From Nemertoderma westbladi (lineage: Eukaryota > Animalia > Xenacoelomorpha): a DNA stretch of 51,576 nucleotides. Below the pieces are notes generated by a model, which ran no database searches, was not told the origin of the DNA, and saw only the letters and a list, made by a program, of their open reading frames with translations. A program made the translations under genes and the position numbers. This document shows, piece by piece, positions 49,354 through 51,576 of the stretch (positions within the stretch are counted from its first letter, which is position 1; every line of letters starts with the position of its first letter). The stretch lies in NCBI GenBank assembly GCA_032718475.1, contig JAUCBJ010002662.1, forward strand, positions 1 to 51,576, given 5' to 3'.

Positions 49354-51576
49354 TTTGAACTATGTACGGCTCTGCTAATCATACACGCTCCTTTCTCTGT
49401 CAGAATCCCAACAGAGAGCTAATCGTTCTAATTGATAAGCCAAACAGAACAACCAAAACAATAAATCCGATTTGGCTTCCTAAACTACTTAATATGAGCG
49501 AGGGTGATTTAACACTCGGCGTTCACTTTCCACAGAGAAATACAGGTAGTGGGGCGGATCAATGTCGAATGTGAGAATGTTTTAATATACAAATGTGGGG
49601 TGGGGGTATTAATTTCCTAATGTCGAAACTTTGACCTTGGGCTGATTGAATTCAGCGATTTGTTACTACTGCACTACCCTAGCTACCACTGTCAACCTGC
49701 TGACCCGCTACTTTCAAATAACCGCCTAGCGTTGAATATTCTAAGGTATTTCTAAACGTAATTTACCCAACTATTCTCCGCTATGCAGCGTACAAACCCT
49801 TCTTAATTAATTCTAAGTGCTAAAGTAGATTACAGTGTCTCAAAATACAGAGTTGTGTACTAATTACTAAGTATTCCAGAATTCGTATTACAAATTTATT
49901 ACGTTACTGAGTTATACTAGCAACAGCCTAAATACTGTATTATTTAACCTAACAGCAATTAACAAGCATAAATTAAAAATAGAAAACAATCAAGAGAAAT
50001 AGTGCCTATCTAATCACCACAATCAAGAATCAGGCACTCTTTAAACAACACAACATAAAGTATCGTTAGCAACAACACACCGCCAACAACACCAACAGCG
50101 CTAAAATAGTGCTAGTATGTAGCGCTAGTGTAAATAGCCAAGATCACCCAAGCTAAATACGGTTTTCCTAGCTAAACCCGCTACACTACTTTACTACTGC
50201 AAAGCTGAGACGAAATCTTGATCGTCTGCCCCCAAACGCTGTAATGACAACCAGTCCCCGGTCCTCTACCTGATTCGCCTGACCACAGCTACTGGCCCCT
50301 ACCAGCATTGCCACATATTGGATCCTCCACCTCTCCTTCCGTCGCTTCCAACAGTGCGCCTGCGACGCCTACCGGTACCCTTAGCCCAACATGCTAAAGT
50401 AAGCAATTACCATATCGGCGCAAGCATAACAAACAGTCTGACAGTCGAAAAGAAATCTTTATTAGGATTTGCTACATTGCAAAGATTAAAGAAAACCAAG
50501 AGTCAGTTCAAGGAGTAATCATTATCAAAAGTCACAAATCAAGCAACAGTATCAGCAGAAAATCAGCATTTTCAATCAACGGAAGTACAAAATCATAAGA
50601 AGAATTAATAATTCACAACAACAAAACTGTAAGAATGATGCAATGTCTAAACCATTGGTCGAACAAAATCCTACTGCTATTAAACCAACCTAAGTAGCTA
50701 AACCAATGAGAGAGCCGGATTAAGGCTCTTTGCCTCTCGAAATCCCTAAACCATTTCCATATATGGTAATAAATCTGTCTCGGTGGGCTTATAGGTCCAT
50801 TGCCATAATGTTAATTTGGCGATTATTAAAGCGCAATTTTGGCGTTAATTTAGTACAACATTGATTTATAGAGAAATACAAATGAAATTAATACAAATAC
50901 ACATCAGATTCAAATGATATCAATAAACTGGCAAATTCATATTTATGTTTTATGAAAGTTTGCCACCGTAAATTAATATGCTAAGGTTTTATTATAAAAA
51001 TTACGTAAGTAGGGCTACATACTGTATAAAATCGGTTGAATATAATGAACTTGTATATTTTATTGTCCCTATCTAATTACGGCTATACATCAATACGACT
51101 TATCTAATTATTCTATACTGTATGATGGGTTGTTTTAGTAAACAACGCCATATATCGTAACACCACTCCAAGGGAAACATGTAATGTTTCCCTCCAATTG
51201 TAGAAGAAATAGGGCGATGTGAAATAACAAAATAAAATTTACTTTCAAACAAATCTTACAACTCGCTTCTAATAATTCTAATAATTAGGTACAAATATTG
51301 CCATTGTTATTGCATAATAATGATTACATACAAATTAATACAAAATATTGCCACTGCTATTGCATAATGAGAATTGCATACAAATTAATACAATTTAGAT
51401 TACAAAATATACTTTCTTCCATTTATTTACAAGTTAACAATTTACTTATTGAAATGGAACATGGCTAGGACTAATTCCCCCATTTCCCATCTCAAATTAT
51501 AGAGATCAATAATAACAAAAGAACTAAAATATAAAACGTATTTGAGGCTAATCATTTAACTAAGTATTATTGCATT

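Noticed and set aside
50204-50216. ctgagacgaaa, hammerhead-like
   Set aside because: No stem II and no flanking helices seen.
49362-50700. Short ORFs and a G-rich tract suggesting another LTR element end
   Set aside because: No recognisable protein motif, paired repeat or TSD in the window.

Overview
Eukaryotic (animal-type), AT-rich, transposon-saturated window with no recognisable host gene; it resolves almost completely into nested mobile elements. (A) A decayed full-length BEL/Pao LTR retrotransposon on + (5' LTR outside the window; gag 37-1558 and 13252-14815, PR-RT-RH-IN to 18710, PPT and probable 3' LTR 24199-24733). Between pol and its LTR sits an extra ~849-codon ORF (20939-23488, three in-frame stops) with a DEDDy/RNase D-WRN-like 3'-5' exonuclease domain and three CCHC knuckles. 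(B, 1559-13246, minus, TSD TAGGC) and (C, 31084-45870, plus, TSD GGGTG) are two diverged members of one non-autonomous BEL/Pao family that keeps gag-protease but shares a deletion of RT, most of RNase H and integrase. Both lack a tRNA-type PBS and instead have an 11-nt PBS-position sequence exactly complementary to a site in their own LTR, with compensatory changes between the two copies (candidate Tf1-like self-priming). Further insertions: a foldback/MULE element with a FLYWCH remnant, two Tc1/mariner-like MITEs, a 5'-truncated LINE with an open RT ORF inside the gag of C, two RTE 3' fragments, a GC-rich satellite apparently grown from a MITE terminal repeat, and 21-bp and 208-bp tandem repeats. 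All family assignments come from motif recognition by eye; no database search was run.
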